Assembly: GCF_009914755.1 (NCBI RefSeq)
Contig: NC_060925.1
Direction: 5' to 3' (one strand)
DNA: 64,000 nt
Origin: the human T2T-CHM13v2.0 reference genome, Homo sapiens
Shown: positions 51,295-64,000 of the stretch, in pieces
How the letters are laid out: every line of letters begins with the position of its first letter
Numbering within the stretch: the stretch's first letter is position 1
Translations under genes and position numbers: made by a program
Notes under the pieces: model-generated
The model's input: only the letters and a program-made list of their open reading frames with translations
What the model was told of the DNA's origin: nothing
Databases searched by the model: none

Positions 51295-51570
51295 ACAGCT
51301 AATGTTTATTAATCACTTTATTTGAGCTGAACACTGTGCTAAGATACTTCACATGTGTTATTTTATTTAATTCTCACAACAACCTCATGAGGTTTAAGTC
51401 TCAGCTTGTGGTTGAAGATGCACAGATTTTATTTCTCAGGTAACACTTTCAAATAAGGAAACCAGAGCTCAATAAGGTGATATAACTTTTTTTTGAGATG
51501 ATACAGCATGTAAGTGGTAGATTGTAGAATGTAATTTCTGGCTGACTCATGCTTTTAACCACATGCACTA
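51295..51570 (-). mobile_element. MIR
   Basis: acactgtgctaag..atttaattctcacaacaacctcatgagg..gctgactc. Confidence 0.7.
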
Positions 51571-51842
51571 TGGTCTTTCCCAGCATAGGTTTTGTAGAAA
51601 ACTGTTCTGGGCTCAAAATAATGATATCTTGGTTCTAGTGCACTCTCTGCACCCAGTCTGACACCTAATCTCTCAGAACCTCAGTGTCTGCATCTATAAA
51701 ATAAGGCCAATGATAATAACTCCACCTGGCTCAGAGGATGGTTTTACCACTTAAATAATAGTATACAAAAGATTTATTTGGAAAGCTTAAGGACTATATA
51801 AATGGGAGATAACATTACAGGCTAAGTAAAAGTAAATATAGT

Positions 51843-51851
51843 CACACACAT

Positions 51852-51886
<35 letters not shown>
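51843..51886. repeat. (CA)n microsatellite
   Basis: Direct reading. Confidence 0.95.
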
Positions 51887-51890
<4 letters not shown>

Positions 51891-54800
51891 TCCAGTGTAG
51901 AAGATTTGGCTGAAGTGAGTAATTTATATAAAGGCAGGTTCTGAGGACTCTTATAATGAATATTACTGGGTAAACTGGCAGGATGTTCGGCTTGGCAATA
52001 TCTGATCTTATCTCTTGGAATTCTTTGGCTTTGGCACTCTCTAGCCTTCCCAGACAGTCTGACTGGTGATCAAGGTAGCCCTAATCTCATGGGCAGATTT
52101 GGATGGTGGATGCCTTCTAGGAATCAAATTGTTAACAAGACAGGTCAGTGTTGGGAAGTTGACATTTAATGACTTTAGGGAGAATTTCTGCTATGTTATG
52201 ACCATGTTTTAATAAAGAGGTCCTTTTGCTGCTCCCAGAGCTATTTATGCTTTCAATAGTAAGCGTATTCCATTGTTATTAATTTCAGGTTTATTTTCTG
52301 CACTATATTGAACTCTCCATGATATCATATAATTATTTGATCACTATAGAATCTCCAGCACCAAGTACTGAGATTAGCAGATAGTATTACTTTGTAAATA
52401 TCTACCAAACTTGCACTTGCATGGGTGAGCTAACTTAGTCTGTTTCTGTGCACTTATTCATAACAGGTCCTCGTTTATCCTAACTACTTCTCATTCCGTT
52501 AGTTTGCTGAATTAATGAACAAGTATGTATCACTGTTGCATAGGCACCTTGGACAAATCTAAGATGCGTGATCTAGTATAATTTTTAAACAAATGATTTA
52601 AAAGAATTTCAGATGATTTTTACATTTTCATGTCTGATTTAACTTACCATTGATATCAATCTTGCTAACTTTCCTTCACTGGATGAAAAATGCTAAGGCT
52701 CTCAACTTCTGTCTTCTGCATTTCGTTCTACTAAGCTCAGTGAGGAATTTGATTTCTTTTGTAATATGGTATAAGCTCTCAATATGGCTTCAAAATAGTC
52801 TGTATTTGTGAAAGCTTCACATGTGACTCTGATCCACAACTAGAGTTGCTGGCATTGAGTTAGAGAATTCTATTTGCTAAGTATGCCTTTTTAACTGGAA
52901 GGAGTGCAGGATAGTGCTTCAGCAACTATGTACTCTATTTTCCTACAGATGAAGTATGAACAATGGTAACAAAGCAAGTAAAATGTAGTTATCTAAGCAC
53001 CTAGTGAGGTTCTTCATTTGCTGCTTGGACATCTTAATAAATTAGAGAGCAAATAATCATTACTTTGATAATCATTCAAAATAATACTTCTACATACTGG
53101 CTACATCTCACAAGTAATATAGATGATCTTAGTGGTCTTGGCTATAAATCTTTTTTGATGTAATTTCTAAAACTTACACTAATCAGAACTAGACTGGTAT
53201 AATCAGAGTGGTCCATCTTCTATTTAGTATTTCAAGAAGTTAGAAATATCATTTCAGATACATTATTAATAACTTTATACCTTTCTATGAGACAAATAAG
53301 AACAATTATATTTTTGATAATAGACTAGAAGTTCTAGGGACAGCAAATTAAAGTGTTTAAATTGCAAGTAGATGTCTGGCAGATAATCATGCTAATTATC
53401 TGGTAACTTATATGTCAAGCCTAACAATTTATATCTGAACGCATACATCTACCTGTGTGTATGCATCAAATATAAAGTAACCTCCCCAGTACTTTCTCTT
53501 AAAGATCAGCAAATAGCTGATAGATTAGTAACTCCATGGTCCTGATATTCAATATTGCAGCCCATGTGCTCATAGGTCAGATAGATAATTAAAGCTACTT
53601 ACTGCTTATTAAAATAAGTGGACCAGGAGAAAATATGAATCAGGGAACTTAGTATTAATCTCACTAGATTTGTTTGCTTTTTTGAAAATCCTCTCAATAC
53701 AAAAGTTTGTAGAGGAGTATTCCTTACACTTCTTTAACAGATAGACCCCAGTGTGAAAACAATAACAACAACTAAAACCCCAAAACCAAAATCAGAACAC
53801 CCCATTGTACTGTAGCTAGTCATCACTAGTAATTCAAAGTATAGTTGTTAGAATTACTGGGTTAGGGAGGAAATATTTTTGCTAAAAAGTACTTTTATTT
53901 TATAAACCATGAGTTATTAATTTGTGCTGAAGACAGAAAAGATATTCTATCACTTTTGGAAATATAGCCACTTGTAAAGCACTTGCCTGCCGTCAGAATA
54001 GGAAGCCTCATGGCTTATAAATCTAGACTGTCTAAGGAGAATTATTGTTGGACTGGATTGTATAGGAGGTCAGGGAACAAATAAAAGTCTTATTTAACAA
54101 GCTTGGGGAGAATGACTCTTGATGTTTACCCAGGTATCTGATCCAAAGACTAGTATATTTTTCCATCATTTATTAATCAGTGCAAGCAATATTTATTAAG
54201 CATTTCCTATGTGATGTACTGACTTCATGTGATTTATTAGTAAAAGCTATTCCTGAGAGACTATGTACTAGAAGAGGTACTGAGGAGGAGATGGTGGGTA
54301 AACTGAAGATGGGTTACTAGGAACATTTAAGGCTTCCAAACTGCCTGAGTCCCATCTGTGATCATGCCACATCTGAAAGTTTGTGTCCATTCCTGCTGCC
54401 AACTTATTAATGATCTAGCTATTTATGGGTGTTCTATCCTTTGTTTATTCCACTAGATTTAATAGCCTGTAAATGCCTGTAAATGCCCTGGGCCTGCCCT
54501 GAGCAAGGCAGGTAGTGTATGATAAGACCTTTACTAATCTGGAAACAGTCTGCTTCCGTACTGCGGTGGGTGGTATTGGGTATAGAACAGTCATTCTACT
54601 AACCCAGTGGTTAGTTTTTTAGGCTAGGACCATGGGGCAGTGCCATATTGCTTTCTCTGGAGAACAGTTATTCATTGTGAATGGCTATCCTTAGCCATGA
54701 GAGGTATTAGAGGGAATAGTGTGCTAGGAATGATGTCTGGGATGTTACCATCTTCTCTAAAAAGACTCCCTAATTAATCAACTCCTTGTTTTCCCCATGA

Positions 54801-55284
54801 GTGTCATCCTTTTAATGTTCAGTAGAGAAAAATCACCTTCCAGAGGGTAAGAGATGGCTGTCATTTGCAAAAAGTATGACTACTGTCATGGCTTCTGAGG
54901 AAATGGAAAAAGCTAGGATCAGTGAGGAAAGGCATGGACTTAAAGCCAGTCATGAGCATGAAGCACATTCGTGATGGAGTGCTAGAGGATTCTTGCCATT
55001 TGCATTGAACATCTGCTTTCCAGCTTCCATTTTAGTTATGTAAACATACCAGAATGAGTTAACTTGGGTGGAATCTCAAATCATTCCTTTTGGGGATAGG
55101 ATATGCCAGAACGGCCTGATATAGGGATATGAGCAGGCATCTCAGGTGAGAAATCTGTGTCGCTTACTTTATTCCCCATTAAAAACCTGCATTCTTGTTA
55201 TTTACATGGGCTTTCTTCTCCCTTTCTCCATTCCCCTTTGTATCTGGTATCTGTCTCTTCCCTCGATTCTTCCTTCTTTCCCAG

Positions 55285-56356
55285 GTGTGTTTGATAACTG
55301 CTCCCACACTGTCAGTGACAAAGGCTGGGCCCTGGGGATCCGCTCAGGGAAGGACAAGGGAAAGCGGGATGCTCGCTTCTTCTTCTCCCTCTGCACCGAC
55401 CGCGTGAAGAAAGCCACCATCTTGATTAGCCACAGTCGCTACCAACCAGGCACATGGACCCATGTGGCAGCCACTTACGATGGACGGCACATGGCCCTGT
55501 ATGTGGATGGCACTCAGGTGGCTAGCAGTCTAGACCAGTCTGGTCCCCTGAACAGCCCCTTCATGGCATCTTGCCGCTCTTTGCTCCTGGGGGGAGACAG
55601 CTCTGAGGATGGGCACTATTTCCGTGGACACCTGGGCACACTGGTTTTCTGGTCGACCGCCCTGCCACAAAGCCATTTTCAGCACAGTTCTCAGCATTCA
55701 AGTGGGGAGGAGGAAGCGACTGACTTGGTCCTGACAGCGAGCTTTGAGCCTGTGAACACAGAGTGGGTTCCCTTTAGAGATGAGAAGTACCCACGACTTG
55801 AGGTTCTCCAGGGCTTTGAGCCAGAGCCTGAGATTCTGTCGCCTTTGCAGCCCCCACTCTGTGGGCAAACAGTCTGTGACAATGTGGAATTGATCTCCCA
55901 GTACAATGGATACTGGCCCCTTCGGGGAGAGAAGGTGATACGCTACCAGGTGGTGAACATCTGTGATGATGAGGGCCTAAACCCCATTGTGAGTGAGGAG
56001 CAGATTCGTCTGCAGCACGAGGCACTGAATGAGGCCTTCAGCCGCTACAACATCAGCTGGCAGCTGAGCGTCCACCAGGTCCACAATTCCACCCTGCGAC
56101 ACCGGGTTGTGCTTGTGAACTGTGAGCCCAGCAAGATTGGCAATGACCATTGTGACCCCGAGTGTGAGCACCCACTCACAGGCTATGATGGGGGTGACTG
56201 CCGCCTGCAGGGCCGCTGCTACTCCTGGAACCGCAGGGATGGGCTCTGTCACGTGGAGTGTAACAACATGCTGAACGACTTTGACGACGGAGACTGCTGC
56301 GACCCCCAGGTGGCTGATGTGCGCAAGACCTGCTTTGACCCTGACTCACCCAAGAG
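55285..56356 (+). CDS. PAPPA2: Pappalysin-2 second coding exon: LamG-like domain, N-terminal protease domain, LNR1 and LNR2 (codons 307-664)
   Basis: [17 protein letters not shown] LamG motif; CGQTVCDN; LNR modules [21 protein letters not shown] and [28 protein letters not shown]; donor AG|GTAAGG after 56356 (phase 2). Confidence 0.98.
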
Positions 56357-56919
56357 GTAAGGGACTGGGATTTGGGGTGTCCTACTTGTAGGATGCATTT
56401 CTAACATCATTTTATCTGTTTGGTTTTGGAGGCAAATGTGTTCACACACTCCCTGAATAAGACATTAATCCACCCCATCAGACAGTATTAAGCTTTTGTG
56501 AAGTGCTAGGTGTTCTGTTAGGTAATTAGGGGCACAGATGACTGAGAAAAGAGACAGTCCTCACAGAACTCACTGTTTGTGGGGCAGAAAGCTGTGTACA
56601 CAGTGTGAAGCGCACCCAAAAGCATATGCACCAGGTACTTGGGACACAGGAAAGCTGAACAACTTACTCTACCAGAGGAGGCCAGGAAATCTTCATGGAG
56701 AACAAACAAGGCATCCAGGCCTAGACACCAGTCAATACTAATTACACGTGACAATACTTCCTATAGTCTTAGCATCTTGGCAAAGTAATACAGATCTGTG
56801 AAAATGTGTTAGGTCTATTTAGTCTAAGCAGTTCAGCAGTTTCGTAAAGTTTCGTGTTACATCTCGCCACTAGTCTCCTTTAGGTGACTGGGATCTTTCA
56901 CTGTTGCCCCATTAAATTC

Positions 56920-57510
56920 CATTCTTTGTGCGGCATCCAGAAGGATCTTTTTAAAAAGGTAAGTTGGATCCTGTCATTTCTCGTCTTAAGATTTTTTCCT
57001 CCACTGCACTCAGAATAAAATCTGAACCCCCTACCTGATACACAGCCTCTTAATGCAATCTGGCCTCTGTCTACCTCTCCATCACCACCTATATAGCACA
57101 GCCTCGCTGACTTGATTCTGTTCCATTGAACAGATCAAGCTTTTTTCTGCCCTCAGGGCTTTTATGTGCTGTTCCATCTTCTTGGAATCCTCCTTTCCTT
57201 AATATTCCCATGGTGGGCTGTCTCTTGTCATTCAAATACCTACTTAGATGTTACCACCTGGGAGGCCTTTCCTAATCCCTCAAATTAAATCTATCAATTA
57301 CTGTTATATCAACTAATTTAAATTTCCTGTTTAACACTTAGTACTTCAGATAATTTGTCTTTCACATTCATGTGTTTGTCTGTTTTTCCCCTATTTGGAA
57401 TATCAGCTACATGAGATAGGGGCCCTTGTCTATTCTGTTAACCACTATATTCCCAAGGCCTAGAATAGCAGCTGACATTTAGTTGTTTAAGTTGATGAAT
57501 AAATGGATCT
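56920..57510 (+). mobile_element. L2
   Basis: cactgcactcagaataaaatc..gccctcagggcttt..cctagaatagc..gttgatgaataaatg. Confidence 0.75.
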
Positions 57511-57869
57511 GATGTGTCTCTTGTTCTGAGACAGAAGCCTTAAGAAGATTCTCATTTGACGGCTGTTGCAGGGGTTGGACATAATAGAGGAGGGTAAGAA
57601 AGTAGGTAGGTAGCTAGTGAACTTGTTAATATGTGTATGTGGACAAGGTATCCCCAGTACACAACTGGTGCCTTTGTTCAAATTATGAAAAGGCTTACCT
57701 GACCTAGGGTACAGGGCTGGTGGGAGGTGGCAGAACAGGATCTCAGCTCCCACCCAATGTCTTGATGGCTACTTTTGTATTGGACACCATTTGTACAAGT
57801 AGTTCATGGTATCCCTGTGTGTGGGGAGTCCTCTTGATATGAGTTAACACTAATAGAGTGGCCTGTACT

Positions 57870-58145
57870 TCAAGCATGTGGTATCAAAAATCGAGAATAC
57901 AATTTGGAATCAAGGGACATGGTTAAATTTTGGAGTCCTTGCTACTTAACTAGGTTTGCAAGTTACGCAAGTCATGTTCGGAAACTCAGAAGTCTTGTCT
58001 GTAAACTAGGGATGATTGCAGTAATACCTTGCATTATCAGTATTTTCAGATTATTTTGTGAATCAAATGAAATAAAGTATAGGAAAGTAGCTCTAAAGTT
58101 TTCAAAGCACACAAATTGTTGTAAAATAAGATTAGTTCTTATTAT
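57870..58145 (+). mobile_element. MIR
   Basis: gctacttaactag..gtctgtaaactagggatgat. Confidence 0.6.
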
Positions 58146-58240
58146 TAAGGCTGACAGATAGCAAGCTTTTATTTACATAATAATGCAAAGAGAGCTAATC
58201 AAATTATCAGAACTACTTGTATAAGAAAATTCTGTTTGGA

Positions 58241-58461
58241 ACAATGAGAACACATGGACACAGGGAGGGGAACATCACATACCGGGGTCTGTCATGGGCT
58301 GGGGGGCTAGGGGAAGGATAGCATTAGGAGAAACACCTAATGTAGATGATGGGTCGATGGGCGCAGCAAACCACCATGGCACGTGTGTACCTATGTAACA
58401 AACCTGCACGTTCTGCACATGTATCCCAGAACTTAAAGTATAATTTAAAAAAAAAGAAGAA
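58241..58461 (+). mobile_element. L1PA7/8-like 3'-end fragment
   Basis: acaatgagaacacatggacacagggagggg..gtatcccagaacttaaagtataa plus A-tail; 18-bp TSD aagaaaatt(c/g)tgtttgga. Confidence 0.93.
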
Positions 58462-58869
58462 AAGAAAATTGTGTTTGGATTTGGTTTTTAGATTTTGGTA
58501 ACCTTAAGCAGAAGCTAAACCTCACTAACAGCAGTGGTTAGCAACACTTAGGATCCCCCAGATAAATGAGAAAGTCTGGTCTCCTAGTTTATAGTAATAA
58601 CCCACTGCCCTGTCTGAGAGAGCTGTCTTTCAAGGTATCCAGGTATTATTCTCCTCAGAGTTTCCCTTTATTTCTCTGAGTTCCTATCACACTGCCCTTA
58701 TCTGGGTGTTTATAACTTACTCACCTCACTGCCTGCAGAAGGGGAACTCACTCCTATTTATAGACCCAGTAGTGTTTTGAACCTTTATTCATAAGTGACT
58801 CTTTTACCCCCCACATATAAAACCTGCTTTGTGGAATACAAAGGAAATATTTATACTTTTTGATAGTTA

Positions 58870-60560
58870 AAAATACTAACTCAAAGTAAAAAAGTGCTCA
58901 TGGTTTAAAATATCAAATTATACCAAAAGACAGAAGGAAGAAAAACAGTGTCCTGCCTAACTCTTCCCCATCCTTCTCCACACTCTGTCCTTGCTCTGCA
59001 CAGGTTACTATATTTATTTTTTTCACCTGTTTTTTTTTCTGGTAGTTTCCTGTACACCTCCAAATATTATATTTATATTGCTTGGTTCATCAATTTTAAA
59101 CATTATCCATTGATTTCTGATGATACAGACAAGACTAACTCTCTTACATTATCTCCTTCCTTGCCCTTGCATCCTTCCATATAATTACTATTTTTTGTTG
59201 AATCAATTGTATGTATTATAGTATTATGACTGTGAAATGTTAATTGTTGCAGAACAAAGTACTATTCTATTATTATATTTCTTTCCTTGCACAGCTTCTT
59301 CCCATTTCCAGCCCCACCCCTTGAGTCTCTATTTTTCCTTCCTTTCTTCTTTTATTCTTTCTTGATATTCTTGATTGTTTTCAAATGCTTTATTTTACCC
59401 ACTAATTTGTAGAATATATTTATGAAAATGTTCCCCTCCTCTGAGCTGTTCTAACACTAAATAAAACTCTTCTTCTTCACCCTTAAAAAAATGTTTTTTA
59501 TACTCCTATAGAGCTCTCTCTTCTAGTTAATTCTATTCTTTTCTTCCAGTCTTGGCCAGTTGTCTGTAGGTCTGCTGCACAGTTGTCATCCTGGGACTTC
59601 TCTTCAATGCGTTTTTTTGGGGGGGTTAGAGCTACTGTGTCCTGAATTACATGAATATCTCTTAATTTACTACCTTATTTTACTGGAAAACATCCTCAAG
59701 CAAATTTCTAAGAAAAGATGTTTCAGGTAATCTTTTTTGAAAATGCACTTCTCAGAATGATTTTATTCTGCCTTCCTACAAAATTGATAGTTTGACTTGG
59801 TATAAAATTTTGGATTGAAAAACAGTTTATCTCAAACTTATGAAGAAATTCATTAATTACTTCTAGCTTCTGTTCTGATAATTGTGTGTATTTTTATAGG
59901 TGTGTGTGTGTGTATATATATATACACCCATATATGTATGTATGTATGTACATATATATATACACACACACACACACACAAATATATTTGCATATTCTTT
60001 TAGCATCTTATCCTTAGCCTTGTTACACTAGGGATTTGTAAGATTATTTTTTAGGGATTGCCTTTTATTGTTCTTTTGTTGAACACTGTTCAATTTGGAC
60101 ACTTATGCCCCTGGTCTCTGGAAAAATCTCTTAAACTGTTACTTTGATATTTCTTCATTCAGTTTTCTCTGTTCTCTTTGTTACCCCTGATACTCCTGGG
60201 GATGAATCTACTGAACTTACTCTTTTTCTCTTTTCTCTCCTACGTTCTCTTTGTTAGTTTGTTCTACTTTTTTTTTTTTTTGAGATTTCTTTGAGTCTAT
60301 CTTTCAACGCTTTTATTTACTTTTATATTTTAGCAATCATACTTTAAAAACCTTCTTATTCTTTGATTATTTTTAATATAATCTTAAAAAATTTTAAGAT
60401 AAGCATTTTCAAAGATAAAAATGTGATTCATTTGGAATTGTTTTTTTGTGTGTTATATCCGATGCATCTGAAGTCAACTTTTCTTTTTTTATTATATTTT
60501 AAATTCATGACTATCATTTATGCTGGTGACTTTCCTTAAATGTCTAATGCTTATTCACAG
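58870..60560 (-). mobile_element. Ancient L1/HAL1-like relic
   Basis: Long T-rich stretch with ttttattctgcc..ttgatagtttgacttggtataaaattttgg, typical of the reverse old L1 ORF1 region. Confidence 0.5.
59900..59980. repeat. (TG)n(TA)n-(TATG)n-(TA)n(CA)n compound microsatellite
   Basis: Direct reading. Confidence 0.93.
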
Positions 60561-61151
60561 TAGAAACCACACTTTTAAATCTCTACCTATGACGATCTAA
60601 GAAAGAATAATTATCTATGAATTTTCTCTTTTGAAAAAAGAAATTTGAAGGCAGAAACATAGAGGAGGAGAGAGGTTTTCTTTCTTCTCAGCTCTCTTAT
60701 ACTTATTTTGTGTGTAGGTCTTTTCTGCCTTCCCTATCCTATTTTTTGTGTTGAATCTTTATTATTAAAAATATTAATTTTTTATGACGCTTGGCAAAAG
60801 CAATATTTTGAAAAATCATTATTTATCAAGCTTCTATGATGTGTCAGGCATGGTAAGGTAAGCAGAGGGACACACGTAAAGACTATGGAAAGGATAAGGG
60901 CTAACGATTTGGAGGAGAAGTTCAGTAATTTTATCTGAATTCTCTGGGTTTAAATCCAGGCTGAGGCATTAAAAGCAGAACATGGGATGTGGCTTTTCTT
61001 TGTCATGGTTTAGATTGCCTGAAAGGACTTTTGATTCATAGAGATATAGATCTTTGGGTTTCCATGAGGTCCTGTGACTTGGTGGAGTTAGTCTCTGAAC
61101 TAGATTAGCTTTGTAGAGCCTCCCTATTATTACAATTAAATCACAGAGCTC

Positions 61152-61491
<340 letters not shown>

Positions 61492-61713
61492 TTACTCTGA
61501 AGGGACTCAACTTTGAGAAATGCTTTGCGAGTCATCTATTGAGTGGAGTGCTCCAGGCACAGAGTCTTTCCACTCACAGTGGAAGCACCTTCGACTGTTG
61601 AGGGAGAGTAGTAGAAAGTGGGGGACAGACCTACAAATAGATCACTAACATTCGAATGCAAGGGTTGATGTATGAACAACTCTCCTCACTTCCCAAATCC
61701 TGTTCAATCTTCC

Positions 61714-62124
61714 TGCTATGGTTCCAATGTGTCTCCCAAAGTTCTTATTTCCTGCTATGGTTCCAATGTGTCTCCCAAAGTTCATATGTTAGAAATTTAA
61801 TCCCTGAAGCAACAGTGTTGAGAGGTGAAAATGTTAAGAGATACTTAGGTCATGAGAGCTCTGCCCTCGTGAATGGATTAATGCTGTTATCACAGGAGTG
61901 AGTTTCTGATAAAAAGATGAGTTTGCTACCCCTCTGTCATGTCTGCTTTCTTGCACTTCTGTCTTCTGCAATGTGATGATGAAGCAAGAGGACCTTCACT
62001 AGATGCAGGCCTCTCGAGCTTGGACTTTACAGCCTCCAGAACTGCAGGAAATTAATCTCTTTTTTTCATAAATTACCCACTCTCATGTATTCTGCTATGG
62101 CAGCACAAAACAAACAAAGATGCA
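61714..62124 (+). mobile_element. MSTB-type (ERVL-MaLR) solo LTR with duplicated 5' end
   Basis: tgctatggtt..gtctcccaaagttcatatgttagaaatttaatcc..ggactttacagcctccagaactg..cataaattaccca. Confidence 0.85.
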
Positions 62125-62896
62125 TTCCTACCACCCCCAGCAAGAAACCAGAAATCTAGCCCAAAGTAGTTCCTCTCCCAAACGCTCTGAGAGGAGAGAG
62201 AGCCTGACGCATCCAGCATCAAACATCTGCAACCCAGATGGGCCTATCAAAGGGAGAGTACTTATCAAGCTCTGGACTGGTCAGGAGGAGATATGAATTA
62301 CAGATACATTACCCAGCCAGTTGAACAGACTTACCAAGATAAAGGAACTTGGAACTAGGCAGGGCTACATAAGCCAGATGTCTATTTCTACATAGTAGCT
62401 GCCCTGAGAGATGATCTGCGAGAGTTAAGGGAAGGAAGGGTGTTGAGTGTCCACTTCAGTAAAATCACAAATGTCATTGACTATTCCCTGTGGTACATAC
62501 TAGGGAGCTCAGCCCAAAGGAATTTCTGTACCCTCAGGGGAACTTGTCTTCCCTGACCTTTGCAGGCTTCAGCTTCTTTTTGGTTATTAATTGTTTCTGT
62601 CACATTTCTCCCTAAAATTATGTCTCAGAGTTACAGTTCTTTGCTGCTGCACCTACTTTCCATCCCATGCTTTCTCTCCTTTTCGCAATAGAGTTGAGCA
62701 AGTATTTCATTAAATCTGGAACTCTGCTTGTCTCTCTTTTTTGGTTTCTATATCTCAGATCTCATAATATTGCTATAATGTGGAGAAAAGTCTCCAAATA
62801 AAAACAAATGGTTGAACAAGGCATCAATCATCTAGTGTCTGACCATGCTCTGAAGCAGAAAATGGGGATACTGCATATTTGTTTTCTCTATATTTG

Positions 62897-62944
62897 TTTC
62901 TGAAGCCTGTGATGGGCTAATTTCTGAAGCCTGTGATGGGCTAA
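62897..62944. repeat. Perfect 24-bp tandem duplication
   Basis: tttctgaagcctgtgatgggctaa x2. Confidence 0.95.
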
Positions 62945-64000
62945 CATCTCTATGTGTTGGCAACTCATTGTCTCTTCTTTGCCTCATTCCCTGAGGTTTC
63001 ACTGGGGAGTTCGAGGGCAGAGGACTCTTATACATAGCAAGGCTTGCCCATGGCACACTCCCCTCTAAAGAAGTCCTCAAGAGGGTGGCTGGGAATTGTC
63101 CTGAGGGATATGGCAGAGAGTGGAGTCTGCAGGTATACAATAGAAAGGGTGTATCTTGGGACAGGAAGGTAGAGGCACATGGCATCAAAGGGAACAGGTG
63201 GAGAAGTTGATGCTGCACAGACCTGGATGCTTTGGATTAGCTGTGCTTTGCTCACCCACACTCGGAGGCTGTTGAGCCAAAGGCATGGTCAGGCTGGGCC
63301 CTTGCAGTGGCTGGTCTGTTAAACATCAGCCAGGCTTCATTATAGGTTTCTTTTGAAGTTGAGATTCAAAGTTCCCTGAAGCCAAAAAAAACACACGCAG
63401 GGAAAATAAGCGTAAGGGGTAGAAGAGGGCAGGAAGAAAAGAAGTGGAGGAGAAATTTTAAAACTAAACAGCAAAAAAAAAACTGCCAGTTCCCTCACTT
63501 CAAAATTCACAGGCAGTGTGAACTCTAGAGCAAGTGTCACCTTCTCATGGTCACGTCAACTGGCAATGGGAATAGAAGGAAAGAAATAAGAGGAGGTTCC
63601 ATAGATAAGCACAATAAGTTTACCTACAAATAGAAATGTCTCCTGTTTATTTTCCTATAAGCCAGTTTCTCCACAGTTCCAATAGGCACCGTATTATGGA
63701 GCAAATGAAATCCACAGTTTCTCTGTTCACCTGGCTTGTGGACTTTCCTCCTCAGGTGAGTCGGGGGCTGGGGAGTGGTGACTGTTTTTCTCCTTTTCAT
63801 AGTTTATTTCTAGCCAAATAGACAGACTTGTGAGTGAGCCATGTAGTCTGTCTGGGTTAAAAATATTTCCTTTTAGAAATTTTTCCAGAGAGACCCCAGT
63901 CTCCAAATACACTCAGTTATTCAAAATACTTCGGCTTTTTCCTAGGAGTTGGGGTGCTATCCCTGGGGCCTTGGCCAAATGCCAATCTGTTTCAGATGAT

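Noticed and set aside
55146-55284. Hydrophobic N-terminus of the 404-aa ORF resembling a signal peptide
   Set aside because: It is the translated polypyrimidine tract of the acceptor; there is no evidence for an independent start, although an in-frame ATG exists at 55206.

Overview
Mammalian (human-type) genomic DNA, entirely within the 5' part of PAPPA2 (pappalysin-2, the secreted metzincin protease of IGFBP-3/IGFBP-5) on the + strand. Two large coding exons are present. The first (acceptor 16184/16185, 916 nt of 5'UTR, ATG at 17101, donor after 18019) encodes the signal peptide, propeptide and start of the LamG-like domain. The second (55285-56356, 1072 nt) encodes the rest of LamG, the start of the protease domain and LNR1-2. 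They splice in frame across a 37.3 kb intron. The rest is intron, densely filled with L1, L2, MIR, Alu, MaLR/ERV LTRs, hAT/Tigger MITEs and microsatellites; almost all other ORFs in the track are chance or repeat-derived. I see no convincing new multi-gene system. Best candidates for undescribed biology: a perfect 35-bp-stem GC-rich hairpin in non-repeat intron (31438-31544); a 109-codon uORF in frame with PAPPA2 and separated from it by one TGA; a probable L1 3' transduction; a near-consensus AluYc1-like insertion; candidate recursive/cryptic splice sites; and a promoter-like block upstream of the first coding exon. Repeat subfamily names come from recalled consensus sequences, not a search, and old-repeat boundaries are approximate.
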